Position numbers and translations under genes: made by a program. 54,018 nt of DNA from Candidatus Acidiferrales bacterium (lineage in GTDB: Bacteria > Acidobacteriota > Terriglobia > Acidiferrales > UBA7541): positions 1-54,018 of the forward strand of contig DATFQU010000349.1 of assembly GCA_035264005.1 (NCBI GenBank), in the 5' to 3' direction. The notes beneath the pieces were generated by a model. That model was not told where the DNA came from, did not search any database, and was given only the letters and a program-made list of their open reading frames with translations. This document shows positions 28,401 to 38,001 of this stretch, piece after piece; position 1 is the stretch's first letter; the number at the start of each line of letters is the position of its first letter.

Positions 28401-28495
28401 GTCTGAGTGGCCGCCTCCTTGGCCGGGAGTTCTTGCTTGTTGTTCTTCTTGGTAGACAAGTCCGAGCCAGCTTGCTCTGTGGGTTTCGTCGCCAT
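25436..28495 (-). CDS. uvrA: excinuclease ABC subunit A
   Basis: 1019 aa. It has [52 protein letters not shown], two ABC modules ([24 protein letters not shown]) and zinc-finger cysteine clusters. The first ~55 aa are low complexity, so an internal TTG start cannot be excluded. The C-terminus is an Asn/His-rich tail. Confidence 0.97.
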   Translation of the reverse strand: MATKPTEQAGSDLSTKKNNKQELPAKEAATQTELRAERPAPAGATNGGAPASDLGQDAIRVRGARVHNLKNIDFEIPHNAITVVTGVSGSGKSSLAFDTIYAEGQRRYIESLSAYARQFLERIEKPDVDEMTGIAPAIAIRQKNSTRNPRSTVATSTEIYDYMRLLFARVGHTFCVVCGEEVKKDTVDEIAERVLKLPEGRRFYVLYQLVLQAELAPPLKARARKPAPAADAVKQTLTSLQKRGFNRLYQLGRMYEFSSPETLLDMDFSKPVYVIVDRLAVGPEIRSRLMDSIEICYREGHSEAILEFVPERAPDGAEAAPERMVFTERFECKKCRITYQEPEPRLFSFNNPYGACPRCQGFGNTIDFDIDRVIPDKSLSLAGGAIEPWTKPRYREEFQEMKQYAKKKGISLDVPFRNLTEAQREKIIEGDSKEKFAGVKGFFAWLERKKYKLHVRVFLSRYRGYATCPDCRGTRLRQEARAVRVAGKSITEACEMTVAEARKFFSSLELSPGEAVIAGKVLEEIQQRLRFLDEVGLDYLTLDRLTSTLSGGESQRIQLATSLGSHLAGALYVLDEPSIGLHPRDTHRLIAILKSLRELGNTLLVVEHDAETIRAADYVMDLGPGAGEHGGKMMFAGTQKELEADTHSLTARYLSGELRIPVPSARRKPHGKFLRVLKARSHNLKEIDLMIPLSMIVAITGVSGSGKSTLVYEVLYKTLQAKRNGGNWRDACDNIEGDTALTAVELVDQSPIGRTPRSNPATYLKAFDAIREIFAATPDAKKRGYTAGHFSFNIPGGRCEACQGDGTVTVEMRFLADVELICEECKGTRYKSGILDVRYHGKNVHDVLQMTVHESLAFFAGAPKVTSKLKVLDEVGLGYLRLGQSASTLSGGEAQRLKLAAHLTRQENTGVLYIFDEPTTGLHFDDIAKLLAAFRKLLEGGASVLIIEHNLDVIKSADWVIDLGPEGGERGGQLVGCGTPEQIARNNQSYTGKFLAHVLNHNGRGNNSANHSNHRNHTP

Positions 28496-28642
28496 AAGCC
28501 TAAACTAAAAATTATACTTCTTTGCGCAATCCCGCCGCAATCCGGTCCCTGAGTGACACTCGATTTACGGAATTTTCACCGTCGGTTAACCTCCGCTCTC
28601 CTGCGATGTGAGATTTCTTCCGCCCTCAAGGAGAACAACTAC

Positions 28643-30325
28643 ATGAGGAAAATCCTCGTTTCGGCAGGACTTGTTTTGGCAATTGCACTTGCATTGACCG
28701 TGAGCGCATTCCAATCGAAATTGGCGTCCGCAGATGACCAGGGCAATTTTCAATTCGTCCCTGACACGCTCGTATTGAGCCGCAGCGTTTACGCCGGCAA
28801 CAGTGGAACCGTGACAGTAAATCAAGTCCTTCCGCCGGGCTGCATACCAATCACCATCACCCTGCCAGTGATAGGAGGAGGAACGACGACGGTGACCGTT
28901 CCCGCCAACAGCTCCTCCGGCTGCACAAACGCAATTGCCGATGGCACCTATCCCACGGTTTTTAACAACTCTAATTTCAACGGCAACGCCGTGGACGGTA
29001 GTTTCGGCCTCACTTCGCCCATTTTTCTAGACAACATCACCACCGATGGCCGCTTGCTGGGCACACTTTCCGTTCCGAGCGATCAGATCGACACGAGTTT
29101 CAGCTCCAAATCGGAACTAGCGCTTAATCTCTCAACGGATGGACGATCGATAACATTTATGGGCTACCGTGGTGGCACGGGTTTTGTTACATCTCCAAAC
29201 CAGCTGGACGTTTCCAATTCCAACACGCCCGGCGTGGTCGATCCGAGCAATCCGGTCGTTTCCCAGTACTTCCGGTCGGTCGCGGAAGTCGACGCTCATG
29301 GCCATCTTCAGATCACCGAAGGCAACGCCTACAGCGGCAATAACGGGCGCGCCGCAATCAAGGCCAATGGCATGTATTACACAACCGGAAACGACAATAA
29401 CGGCGGCCTTTCGAAGACGCAACTCACCGATACACAGGACGGCCTCAACCTCATCAATGCGACGGGCGTCGAACTCTTCACCCTGGGCCAGACGAACCCT
29501 GCGACTACGAACGAGATTGGCGACTTTGAAGTGACCCAGGTCGGCTTCACCAAGGCCGACAAGCCCGGAAAGGATAATAATTTCCGCGGCCTGACTATTT
29601 TTAACAACACGCTCTACGTCACAAAGGGCAGCGGCGGCAACGGCATCAACACCGTCTATCAGGTGGGAGACGCCGGCACTTTGCCGACTCTGGCGAATGC
29701 TCCGGGCGGCAACCTCCGAAGCGTACCCATCACAATCCTTCCCGGTTTTCCGATGACTGAGGCGAACGGCAACGGCGCTGATGGCAGCATGAACAACCCA
29801 GTCGCTTTTCCGTTCGGCATTTGGTTCGCCAACGCTAACACGCTCTACGTTTGTGACGAGGGCGACGGCAATCTCGTCTCCCCGCCAGTGAACGGAAACG
29901 TCGCTGACGCTTCAGCTCAGGCCACCGCTGGCTTGCAGAAGTGGAGCAAGGGCATGGACGGGACTTGGACGATGGACTATGTGCTGCAGGATGGCCTAGA
30001 TATTGGCGTCCCGTACAGCGTCGCCAATCTTTCCACATCGCTTGATCCCGCAACGGACGGTTGCCGCAATCTCACTGGCCGGGTCAATCAGGACGGCACG
30101 GTGACGATCTACGCGGTAACGTCAACGGTCAGCGCCAGCGGAGACCAGGGTGCGGATCCCAACAAGCTCGTGAAGATCACTGACGTTTTGAGCGCGAGCA
30201 CTCTGCCGAATCCGATGGAGCGCTTCGTCACGATTCGCGCCGCGGGCTTCGGCGAAGTCCTTCGCGGCGTGGCTTTCGCCCCCCAAGACCAAGGGGCGCA
30301 GGGCAACCAAGACAGCCAGCACTAA
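28643..30325 (+). CDS. exported hypothetical protein (Gly/Asn/Thr-rich, probably beta-propeller-like)
   Basis: ATG 28643 is preceded by aaggaga. It has the signal peptide MRKILVSAGLVLAIALALTVSAF. I recognise no catalytic motif. A strong intrinsic terminator follows. Confidence 0.6.
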   Translation: MRKILVSAGLVLAIALALTVSAFQSKLASADDQGNFQFVPDTLVLSRSVYAGNSGTVTVNQVLPPGCIPITITLPVIGGGTTTVTVPANSSSGCTNAIADGTYPTVFNNSNFNGNAVDGSFGLTSPIFLDNITTDGRLLGTLSVPSDQIDTSFSSKSELALNLSTDGRSITFMGYRGGTGFVTSPNQLDVSNSNTPGVVDPSNPVVSQYFRSVAEVDAHGHLQITEGNAYSGNNGRAAIKANGMYYTTGNDNNGGLSKTQLTDTQDGLNLINATGVELFTLGQTNPATTNEIGDFEVTQVGFTKADKPGKDNNFRGLTIFNNTLYVTKGSGGNGINTVYQVGDAGTLPTLANAPGGNLRSVPITILPGFPMTEANGNGADGSMNNPVAFPFGIWFANANTLYVCDEGDGNLVSPPVNGNVADASAQATAGLQKWSKGMDGTWTMDYVLQDGLDIGVPYSVANLSTSLDPATDGCRNLTGRVNQDGTVTIYAVTSTVSASGDQGADPNKLVKITDVLSASTLPNPMERFVTIRAAGFGEVLRGVAFAPQDQGAQGNQDSQH

Positions 30326-30356
30326 GACAAACGCTGCATCCAATCGAACGAAGGCT

Positions 30357-30392
30357 AAGGCCGGGGCTGCATCGCTCCGGCCTTTCTTTTTT
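30357..30392 (+). terminator. rho-independent terminator
   Basis: ggccgggg-ctgcatcg-ctccggcc forms an 8-bp GC-rich stem with an 8-nt loop. It is followed by tttcttttttg and begins 32 nt after the stop at 30325. Confidence 0.7.
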
Positions 30393-31698
30393 GTGCGTGC
30401 GTTTCGCTATAATCGGCGCGAGGAATCGAACAATTTCGGTCGGCACCCCATTCTCCCGCATCATCTGGATCGTCCTCGATAGCGTCGGCATTGGCGAGCT
30501 TCCCGACGCTGCCGACTACGGCGACGTTGGCCGCGACACGCTCGGACACATCGCCCGCTCGCGCCCGTTACATCTTCCAAATCTCGTTCGCCTCGGCCTC
30601 GCCAACATCAAACCGCTCGCGCATCTGACTCCGCCCGCTCATCCAGCCGGCGCGTTCGGGAAGGGAATCACCGTTTCGCCCGGCAAGGACACCACAACCG
30701 GCCACTGGGAAATGGCCGGCGTCTGGCTCGATCAAGCTTTTCCTGTTTACAAAAACGGCTTCCCGCGCGACCTCATCGAAGAATTCGAACGCGCCATCGG
30801 CCGCAAGACCCTCGGCAACAAGCCCGCGTCTGGTACGGAAATCATCAAGGAACTCGGCGAAGAGCATCAGCGCACCGGCTTTCCTATCGTTTACACGTCC
30901 GGTGACAGCGTTTTCCAAATCGCCGCGCACGAAGAAACGATTCCAATCGCCGAGCTGTACAAAATGTGCGAAATTGCGCGCAAACTTCTCGACGGCCCGA
31001 ATCGCGTCGGACGCGTCATCGCCCGCCCGTTCACCGGCACGCCCGGAAGTTACCGCCGCACCGAACGCCGCCACGATTACGCCGTTGAGCCGCCTCGCCC
31101 GATGCTTCTCGACGTTCTCGCGGATGCGAAGATTCCCGTCTTCGGCGTCGGCAAAATTCACGACATCTATAACGGTCGCGGCGTCTCAAATTACGTCACC
31201 ACGAAAAACAACGCCGACGGCATGGCTAAGCTCAGCGAATCGCTCGTGCGCCAGCCAAGCGGCCTCATCTTCGCGAATCTCGTGGATTTCGATATGCTAT
31301 ACGGCCATCGCAAAGACGTCGAGGGATTCGCGCGCTCCCTCGAGGAATTTGACGCGCTTCTCGGGCCCTTCCTTTCCGCGATGCAAAATTCCGACCTGCT
31401 CCTCATCACTGCCGACCACGGCTGCGACCCTGATCCTGTCAATCCCACCACGGACCATTCGCGCGAATACGTACCTATCCTTTGCTATTCGTCGCGAATG
31501 GCATCCGCGACCGCTACGACTTCGGCCACTAACCAGGCTGCTGGCGAAGGTGGCTCATCACTCGTCGCTCGTCACTTGTCACTGCCTTTGAATCTCGGCA
31601 TTCGCCCAACCCTCGCCGACATGGGCCAGACCGTCGCAGAGAATTTCTCCGCCGCAAAGCTCCTCCACGGCTCCAGCTTCCTGCTGCTGTTGCAGTGA
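30391..31698 (+). CDS. deoB: phosphopentomutase
   Basis: RIIWIVLDSVGIGELPDAADYGDVGRDTLGHIA, ...VYTSGDSVFQIAAHE..., ...NLVDFDMLYGHRKD..., LLLITADHGCDPDP..TDHSREYVPIL. The start codon is uncertain (TTG 30391, GTG 30397 or ATT 30433). There is a ~25-aa low-complexity insertion near the C-terminus. Confidence 0.9.
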   Translation: MCVRFAIIGARNRTISVGTPFSRIIWIVLDSVGIGELPDAADYGDVGRDTLGHIARSRPLHLPNLVRLGLANIKPLAHLTPPAHPAGAFGKGITVSPGKDTTTGHWEMAGVWLDQAFPVYKNGFPRDLIEEFERAIGRKTLGNKPASGTEIIKELGEEHQRTGFPIVYTSGDSVFQIAAHEETIPIAELYKMCEIARKLLDGPNRVGRVIARPFTGTPGSYRRTERRHDYAVEPPRPMLLDVLADAKIPVFGVGKIHDIYNGRGVSNYVTTKNNADGMAKLSESLVRQPSGLIFANLVDFDMLYGHRKDVEGFARSLEEFDALLGPFLSAMQNSDLLLITADHGCDPDPVNPTTDHSREYVPILCYSSRMASATATTSATNQAAGEGGSSLVARHLSLPLNLGIRPTLADMGQTVAENFSAAKLLHGSSFLLLLQ

Positions 31699-31735
31699 TT
31701 TTGGCTGTTTGGAACTCGCGGCTTGTGGGCTGGGC

Positions 31736-32086
31736 CTAGTTTTCCTGACCTTCGGGTGGTTGTCGAAAATGACCACGGCGCAGAACAGCAAAGGTACAGA
31801 TGCCGGCGAAAAGAGTTAGAAGAAGGGGCCCCACGTAAGCGTGGGTATCCCAAAAATTGCGCGGTACAGAATAGCCGCCAACCGCTGAGAAACCTATGGC
31901 TGTGGTCCCCATCCCAACGATCCGGACGTTGACATTTTTCAGTTGTCCCGGCAACAGTCGCAACAGCAGGCCGCCTCCGAAAAATCTACTCAGTTTCTCC
32001 TCGGGGTGAAGGAACGCCCATCGCCCAGTCAACACAAACAGAAGGCCGATTGCCACGCCGATCACATGGTCTAGATATCGATGCAT
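31736..32086 (-). CDS. small hydrophobic membrane protein (hypothetical)
   Basis: 116 aa with about 4 predicted TM segments (HVIGVAIGLLFVL..., VGMGTTAIGFSAVGG..., VGPLLLTLFAGICTFAVL). It is divergent from the PadR gene. I recognise no family. Confidence 0.4.
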   Translation of the reverse strand: MHRYLDHVIGVAIGLLFVLTGRWAFLHPEEKLSRFFGGGLLLRLLPGQLKNVNVRIVGMGTTAIGFSAVGGYSVPRNFWDTHAYVGPLLLTLFAGICTFAVLRRGHFRQPPEGQEN

Positions 32087-32138
32087 GTGTCCACCATTCT
32101 ACTCGCCTTTCGCTTGCTGACCGCTCATCACTTTCTTA

Positions 32139-32180
32139 TTGACACCTAGGTGTTCTAGGCGTATATGTCGAAGTCCTAGG
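32139..32180 (+). promoter_or_regulatory. candidate sigma70-type promoter with palindromic operator upstream of the PadR gene
   Basis: TTGACA lies at 32139..32144, followed by a 17-nt spacer and TATATG at 32162..32167. A perfect 12-bp palindrome ACACCTAGGTGT (32142..32153) overlaps the -35. Further CTAGG/CCTAGG copies are at 32155..32159 and 32175..32180. Confidence 0.45.
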
Positions 32181-32200
32181 GGTGAAAGGCGAATCGCACA

Positions 32201-32548
32201 ATGACCCGTCCCGTAACTGATGACCGTTCCGAATTCCTCAAGGGCACGCTCGACATGCTTATTCTCAAAATCGTCGCGCTCGGCCCAATTCACGGCTACG
32301 CCATCTCGCAGCGCATCCAGCAAATCTCGCGCGATTTTTTTCAGGTGCAGCAGGGCTCGCTCTATCCCGCGCTGCACCGTCTGGAGAATCGCGGCTGGCT
32401 CGGCGCTGAGTGGCGGGCCACAGATACGGGGCGCGAAGCGAAGTTTTACTCGCTGACGAAAAAGGGTCGCAAGCAGCTCGAAGCCGAAATGGCCAATTGG
32501 GAACGTATCTCCGACGCCGTCGCGCTCATTTTGCGCACAGCCGAGTAG
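32201..32548 (+). CDS. PadR family transcriptional regulator (acidobacterial type)
   Basis: LKGTLDMLILKIVALGPIHGYAISQRIQQISRDFFQVQQGSLYPALHRLENRGWLGAEW...KFYSLTKKGRKQL. This is the canonical PadR winged helix. It sits directly upstream of the ADOP permeases, as described for TIGR03433/TIGR03434 pairs. Confidence 0.9.
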   Translation: MTRPVTDDRSEFLKGTLDMLILKIVALGPIHGYAISQRIQQISRDFFQVQQGSLYPALHRLENRGWLGAEWRATDTGREAKFYSLTKKGRKQLEAEMANWERISDAVALILRTAE

Positions 32549-32580
32549 GGAATCTCATTGTCGAGGCTTAGGGAGGCAAC

Positions 32581-35271
32581 ATGACTTGGCTCTCTCGTTT
32601 ACTTCGCAAAGGCAAGCAGGATGCCCAACTCGACTCCGAACTGCGCTTCCACGTCGAGCAGCAGACCGCTGACAACATAGCCGCTGGCATGTCTCCCGAG
32701 GAAGCGCGCCGTCGTACCCTCGCGCAATTCGGCGGCCTCGAATCCCGCAAAGAAGAAGCTCGCGAAGCCCGCGGCACCCAGTTCTTCGACTCGCTGATTC
32801 AAGATATTCGTTTCGCCTTTCGCATCCTGCGCAAAACGCCGGTTGTCACCGCGATCGCGCTGCTTTCTCTCGCTCTCGGCATTGGCGCAAACACCGCCAT
32901 CTTCAGTCTCATCGACGCGGTCATGCTCCGCATGTTGCCCGTACAAAACCCCGAGCAACTGGCGCAGATCACGTTTCTTTCCCCGACTTCATCCCGGCCC
33001 CGGGCCAGCGTCACCAACCCCATCTGGGAGCAGGTCCGCGACCATCAGGATGCATTTTCCGGCGTATTCGCGTGGTCGCCGGAAATGTTCGACCTCGCCG
33101 AGGGAGGCGAAGTAAACAACATCAACGGCATTTACGCCAGCGGCGACTATTTCGACGTGCTCGGCGTGCATCCTGCGGCGGGGCGTTTACTCACCGCTTC
33201 CGACGACGTTCGCAACTGCCCCGGCGTCGCCATCCTCGGCTACGGTTTTTGGCAATCGCACTATGGCGGCGCACAATCCGCCATCGGCAGCTCAATTCGC
33301 CTGAATGGTCACTATTTTCCAATCGTCGGCGTCGCGCAGCGCGGTTTCTTCGGCACAGATGTTGGCGAAAATCTGGATGTGGTGATACCGATTTGCGCGG
33401 AAGCGACTTTGGCCGGCAAGGATTCGGCGCTGGATATACGCGACGATTGGTGGCTGATGATGATGGGGCGTCTCAAGCCCGGAGTGACCGTCGAGCAGGC
33501 CGAAGCGCGCATGAAAGTTTTATCCCAGCCGCTCTTCAGCGCAGTGGTGCCGCAGGATTGGCCTGCTAAGGACCAGGACAGGTTTCGAAAATTCACATTT
33601 GGCATTCTCCCGGGCGCTACGGGCACAGCCGGCAGGTACGGCTTGCGTATACAGTACAGCGCTCCGCTGAAGATTCTTATGTTTGTGGTCGGGCTGGTGC
33701 TGCTGATTGCCTGCGCAAACATCGCCAGCCTGCTGCTCGCCCGCTCCGCTGCGCGTCAAAAGGAAATCGCCGTGCGTCTTTCGCTCGGAGCTTCGCGTGC
33801 CCGTCTGATTCGCCAGGTTCTCACAGAGAGCATCGTCCTCTCGGCCGCGGGCGCAATTCTCGGAGTGCTCTTCGCGCGTTGGGGCAGTGCGCTGCTCGTT
33901 CGTTTCGTCTCCACGCAGAAGAATCAGGTCTTTCTCGACTTGAAAATGGACGGCCGCGTCCTCGCGTTCACGATTGGCATCGCTGTTCTCTGCGGCTTGC
34001 TGTTCGGCATTTTGCCCGCGCTGCGCGGTACGCGCATTGACGCCATCTCCGCAATGAAAGAAGGGCAGTCGCAATCCAGCGGTGGGCGTTCGCACTCCTC
34101 TGCCGCGCGCTGGATTGTCGCTGCCCAAGTCGCCCTCTCGCTGATTCTTGTCGTCGAAGCCGGCATTTTCATTCGCATATTCGCGAATCTCATGACCGTC
34201 GACGCGGGCTTTGACCGAAACAATGTCCTCATGGTCGAAGCCAACATTCACAATGCGGGAATCGCCGAACCTGCCCGCGCCCCGCTGTATGGCCAGATGC
34301 TGGCGAAGTTGCAGGCTCTCCCCGGCGTTGTTTCCGCCAGCCAGTGCTGGATGACACCGCTCTCTGGCGGTCAATGGGATAACAACGTGACTATCGCGGG
34401 ACATCCGCTCCCATCTGGCGTAGATCCAGACACTTTGTTGAACTGGGTGACGCCTGGATATTTTGAGACGATGCGGACGCCACTGCTGGAAGGACGCATG
34501 TTTGACGCGCGAGATACTGCAACTTCGACGCCTGTCGTCATCGTCAATCAGTTGCTAGCCCGCCGTTACTTCGGTGCACAAAGCGCCATTGGTGAGCATC
34601 TGACGGGCGGTAGCCAAGGAATGCTGAGGCAGCCGATGGAAATCATCGGCGTCGTGCAGAACGCGAAGTACACGTCATTGCAGGAGGTTTTCCAGCCCGA
34701 AGCCTATTTCCCGCTGTCCCAGATTAAAGGTGTAGGCGAGGGCACCGCCTTTGAGATTCGCACTGCCATCCGGCCTTCCTCGCTGATCCCCGCCGTGCGC
34801 GACACGATGGCCAGCGTGAACAATCTAGCGTCGCTACAATTCACCACGCTGAAACAGAAGGCCGATGACTCCGTCGCAATGGAGCATTTAATGGCCGTTC
34901 TCTCCGGGTTTTTCGGCGGACTCGCGCTCTTGCTCACCGCCATCGGCCTCTACGGGGTGATGGCCTACGTAGTCACGCAGCGCACGCATGAAATCGGCAT
35001 TCGCATCGCCCTCGGCGCGCAGCACAGCTCGATTTTGCGCCTCGTGTTGCGCGATGCTCTCATCGTACTCGCTGCCGGAATTGCTGCGGGCCTCGGCGTC
35101 ACGTGGATCATGCGTCTGGTTATGCAGGCTTTGTATGGCATAAAGTCCCAGGACGTGTGGGCCATCTCACTTGCGGTCGTTGTAATGGCGTGCGTCGCTC
35201 TCGTCGCCACCTACATTCCCGCGCGCCGCGCTATGAAGGTCGATCCTATGGTCGCCCTTCGTTACGAATAG
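32581..35271 (+). CDS. ADOP-family duplicated FtsX/MacB-like permease (orphan ABC permease)
   Basis: 896 aa. It has the family-typical N-terminus MTWLSRLLRKGKQDAQLDSELRFHVEQQTADNIAAGMSPEEARRRTLAQFGGLESRKEEAREARG. Two MacB-like periplasmic domains are each followed by an FtsX 3-TM bundle. There is no ATPase gene nearby. Confidence 0.9.
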   Translation: MTWLSRLLRKGKQDAQLDSELRFHVEQQTADNIAAGMSPEEARRRTLAQFGGLESRKEEAREARGTQFFDSLIQDIRFAFRILRKTPVVTAIALLSLALGIGANTAIFSLIDAVMLRMLPVQNPEQLAQITFLSPTSSRPRASVTNPIWEQVRDHQDAFSGVFAWSPEMFDLAEGGEVNNINGIYASGDYFDVLGVHPAAGRLLTASDDVRNCPGVAILGYGFWQSHYGGAQSAIGSSIRLNGHYFPIVGVAQRGFFGTDVGENLDVVIPICAEATLAGKDSALDIRDDWWLMMMGRLKPGVTVEQAEARMKVLSQPLFSAVVPQDWPAKDQDRFRKFTFGILPGATGTAGRYGLRIQYSAPLKILMFVVGLVLLIACANIASLLLARSAARQKEIAVRLSLGASRARLIRQVLTESIVLSAAGAILGVLFARWGSALLVRFVSTQKNQVFLDLKMDGRVLAFTIGIAVLCGLLFGILPALRGTRIDAISAMKEGQSQSSGGRSHSSAARWIVAAQVALSLILVVEAGIFIRIFANLMTVDAGFDRNNVLMVEANIHNAGIAEPARAPLYGQMLAKLQALPGVVSASQCWMTPLSGGQWDNNVTIAGHPLPSGVDPDTLLNWVTPGYFETMRTPLLEGRMFDARDTATSTPVVIVNQLLARRYFGAQSAIGEHLTGGSQGMLRQPMEIIGVVQNAKYTSLQEVFQPEAYFPLSQIKGVGEGTAFEIRTAIRPSSLIPAVRDTMASVNNLASLQFTTLKQKADDSVAMEHLMAVLSGFFGGLALLLTAIGLYGVMAYVVTQRTHEIGIRIALGAQHSSILRLVLRDALIVLAAGIAAGLGVTWIMRLVMQALYGIKSQDVWAISLAVVVMACVALVATYIPARRAMKVDPMVALRYE

Positions 35272-35280
35272 GGGCTTTAC

Positions 35281-37926
35281 ATGACCTGGCTTTCTCGTTT
35301 ACTTCGCAAAGGCAAGCAAGATGCTCAACTCGACTCGGAACTCCACTTCCACATTGAACAGCAGACTGCCGACAATATCGGCGCTGGGATGTCTTCTGGC
35401 GAAGCTCGCCGCCGCGCTCTCGCGCAGTTCGGCGGCTTGGAATCCCGCAAAGAAGAGACCCGCGACGCCCGCGGCACTCACTTCATCGACGCGCTTCTCC
35501 AGGACCTTCGCTACGCCCTCCGCATGCTCGCCAAGTCTCCCGGCTTCACCGCCGTCGCCATTCTCTGCCTGACGCTCGCCATCGGCGCAAACGCTGCTGT
35601 CTTCAGTTGGATTGAAGGCCTCCTGATTCGACCCTATCCCGCCGTCAGCCATCAGGAACGCATGTACGCGCTCGTCGGCTCCGTGCCCGGCGGTACTTAC
35701 GACCCCGATCTCTCTTGGCCCGATTTTCTTGACCTGCAGCGCAACTGCAAGTTCGTCGACTCGTTCATAGCGGACGAAATCACTGGCGCTTCGCTCGGCA
35801 TCGGCAACCACTCGGAAACCGCGGTCGGCAGCATCGTTTCTGCGAATTATTTTGACGCCCTCGGCGTCCGCCCATTTCTTGGCCGCGGCTTCCAACCCGG
35901 CGAGGACACTGGCCGCAACGCCCATCCCATCGTCGTAATCAGCTACCGGATGTGGCAGAACTTCTTCAAAGGCGATCCCGCAATCGTTGGCAAAACGCAA
36001 AGCTTCAATCGAGTTCCCTTCACCATCGTCGGCGTCGCGCCTGAGAATTTTCACGGAACCTTCGTCGGCCGCGACATCCAGTTCTGGGTTCCTGCCTCCA
36101 TGAAGCAAGTTCTCGGGCGCGGCAATTACACACTCGACGACCGCAGCGCCCGCTGGGTTGAAGGCTTCGTAAAACTGAAGCCCGGCGTCACTCGCGCCGA
36201 GGCGCAGGCAGAAATCTCGTCGGTGACTGCTCATCTTGCTTCCATTTATCCCCAAACCAACAGCGGCCACGAAGTTCGCATTTTTCCTCTGTGGCTCACT
36301 CCGTTCAATCACGCGGGAGAACTGCTCCCCACGCTGGAAGTCATGTCCGCCGTTGTGGCCTTTGTGCTTCTGATCGCCTGCGCAAATGTTGGCAACTTGC
36401 TGCTCGTTCGCTTCTTTCTGCGCCGGCATGAAATGATGGTTCGCCTCGCTCTCGGAGCGGCGCGCTTGCGGCTCGTGAGGCAACTTCTCACCGAAAGCCT
36501 CATTCTTTCGGTCTTTGCCGCCGGCGGTGGATTGCTCGTCGCGCGCTGGTGCCGCAATGCGCTAGTTTTATTTTATCCGCGTGACTTGCTTGTCGCTTAC
36601 CTGCCCGGCGAAATTGACTGGCGTGTTTTGGCTCTGAGCATCGGAGTCTGCGTGCTCGCCACAGTCCTCTTCGGACTGATTCCTGCGGCTCAAGCCAGCA
36701 AACTTGATTTGGCTGCTGCTCTGAAATCCGAAATGGGCGGCTTGGTCAGCGGCCAGAGCCGCTCGCGCTTGCGTTCCGGCTTGGTGCTGGTGCAGGTATG
36801 CCTGAGCTTTGTGCTGCTCGTCGGCGCGGGCTTGCTTTTGCGCAGCCTGCGCGCCATGCAGGGCAGCAATCCCGGCTTCTCCACTCATAACGTCCTCTTT
36901 AGATACGTTGATCTATTCGGTTCCGGTTACGATGCGCAACGCGCTGAGACTTTTCAGAAACAATTGATTGCGCGTTTGCAATCGGCACCGGGCATCGAGT
37001 CGGCCGCGTTTTCAAGCTTTATTCCGCTCGACCTTGCTGGTCCCTCGTCCGGCCCCATCAAAGTAGACGGCTACGTCCCGCCCCCGAACCAGCAGCCCAT
37101 CGTTCCGTACAGCAAAGTTGGCCCCGGCTATTTCTCGACCGCCGGCATCCCGCTCATTTCCGGACGCGAATTCGCTCTCACCGACGACAAGACCGCCGGT
37201 CCCGTCGCTGTGGTGAACCAGCAAATGGTCACGCAATTCTGGAACGGCAAGGATCCCATCGGCCAGCGCCTTCAAGTCGGTAATCTTTCCATGCAGGTCG
37301 TCGGCGTTGTCGGAACATCCAAGTACCAATACATTTCCGAATCGCCCATGCCGTTCTTTTTCGTGCCCCTTTTGCAGAATCCCGAATCGGGCTCCTACTT
37401 GAACGTTCGCACATCCATGCCGGCGCAAACCGTCGCTTCCATCCTGTCGAACGACATCCGCTCGATGGATCCCAATCTTACGAATGATGAACTCCTGACC
37501 ACGCAAGAAGAAGTCAACCGCGCCACTTCATCGCAAAGAGCGGCGGTAAGTATGCTCTTCGTGCTTGGCGGACTGGCGCTCATCCTCGCCACCATCGGAC
37601 TCTACGGGGTTATGTCCTACAGCGTCTCGCAAAGCCGCCGCGAACTCGGCCTGCGCATGGCCCTCGGCGCCAATTCGTCAAACCTTCTCTGGCACGTAAT
37701 GGCGCGCGGTCTCCTACTGACGGCTGGCGGCGTGGCGCTCGGCGGCATCGCTTCTCTTGCGCTAGCGCGACTCGCCGGCGGCTTGCTCTACCACGTCAGC
37801 CCCTACGATCCGCTCGCGCTTGGCGTGGCTCTTGTCATCATGCTGCTCGCTTCCATGGCCGCCTGCTTCTTCCCCGCATGGCGCGCATCCCGCAGCGACC
37901 CCATGACCGCCCTTCGCCACGAGTAA
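35281..37926 (+). CDS. ADOP-family duplicated FtsX/MacB-like permease (second tandem paralogue)
   Basis: 881 aa with the same architecture. The N-terminus is MTWLSRLLRKGKQDAQLDSELHFHIEQQTADNIGAGMSSGEARRRALAQFGGLESRKEETRDARG. It starts 9 nt after the previous stop. Confidence 0.9.
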   Translation: MTWLSRLLRKGKQDAQLDSELHFHIEQQTADNIGAGMSSGEARRRALAQFGGLESRKEETRDARGTHFIDALLQDLRYALRMLAKSPGFTAVAILCLTLAIGANAAVFSWIEGLLIRPYPAVSHQERMYALVGSVPGGTYDPDLSWPDFLDLQRNCKFVDSFIADEITGASLGIGNHSETAVGSIVSANYFDALGVRPFLGRGFQPGEDTGRNAHPIVVISYRMWQNFFKGDPAIVGKTQSFNRVPFTIVGVAPENFHGTFVGRDIQFWVPASMKQVLGRGNYTLDDRSARWVEGFVKLKPGVTRAEAQAEISSVTAHLASIYPQTNSGHEVRIFPLWLTPFNHAGELLPTLEVMSAVVAFVLLIACANVGNLLLVRFFLRRHEMMVRLALGAARLRLVRQLLTESLILSVFAAGGGLLVARWCRNALVLFYPRDLLVAYLPGEIDWRVLALSIGVCVLATVLFGLIPAAQASKLDLAAALKSEMGGLVSGQSRSRLRSGLVLVQVCLSFVLLVGAGLLLRSLRAMQGSNPGFSTHNVLFRYVDLFGSGYDAQRAETFQKQLIARLQSAPGIESAAFSSFIPLDLAGPSSGPIKVDGYVPPPNQQPIVPYSKVGPGYFSTAGIPLISGREFALTDDKTAGPVAVVNQQMVTQFWNGKDPIGQRLQVGNLSMQVVGVVGTSKYQYISESPMPFFFVPLLQNPESGSYLNVRTSMPAQTVASILSNDIRSMDPNLTNDELLTTQEEVNRATSSQRAAVSMLFVLGGLALILATIGLYGVMSYSVSQSRRELGLRMALGANSSNLLWHVMARGLLLTAGGVALGGIASLALARLAGGLLYHVSPYDPLALGVALVIMLLASMAACFFPAWRASRSDPMTALRHE

Positions 37927-38001
37927 GGTCTCTGTTCTGGCACCGATCCCCTCGTGGGAGCGTTTGCCGAAAATTCACAAAACTGCGATACACTTTGCCC
38001 C

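Noticed and set aside
35299-36483. 394-aa ORF on the minus strand
   Set aside because: It is antisense to the second ADOP permease, which has the conserved family N-terminus and the FtsX architecture. It is a shadow ORF.
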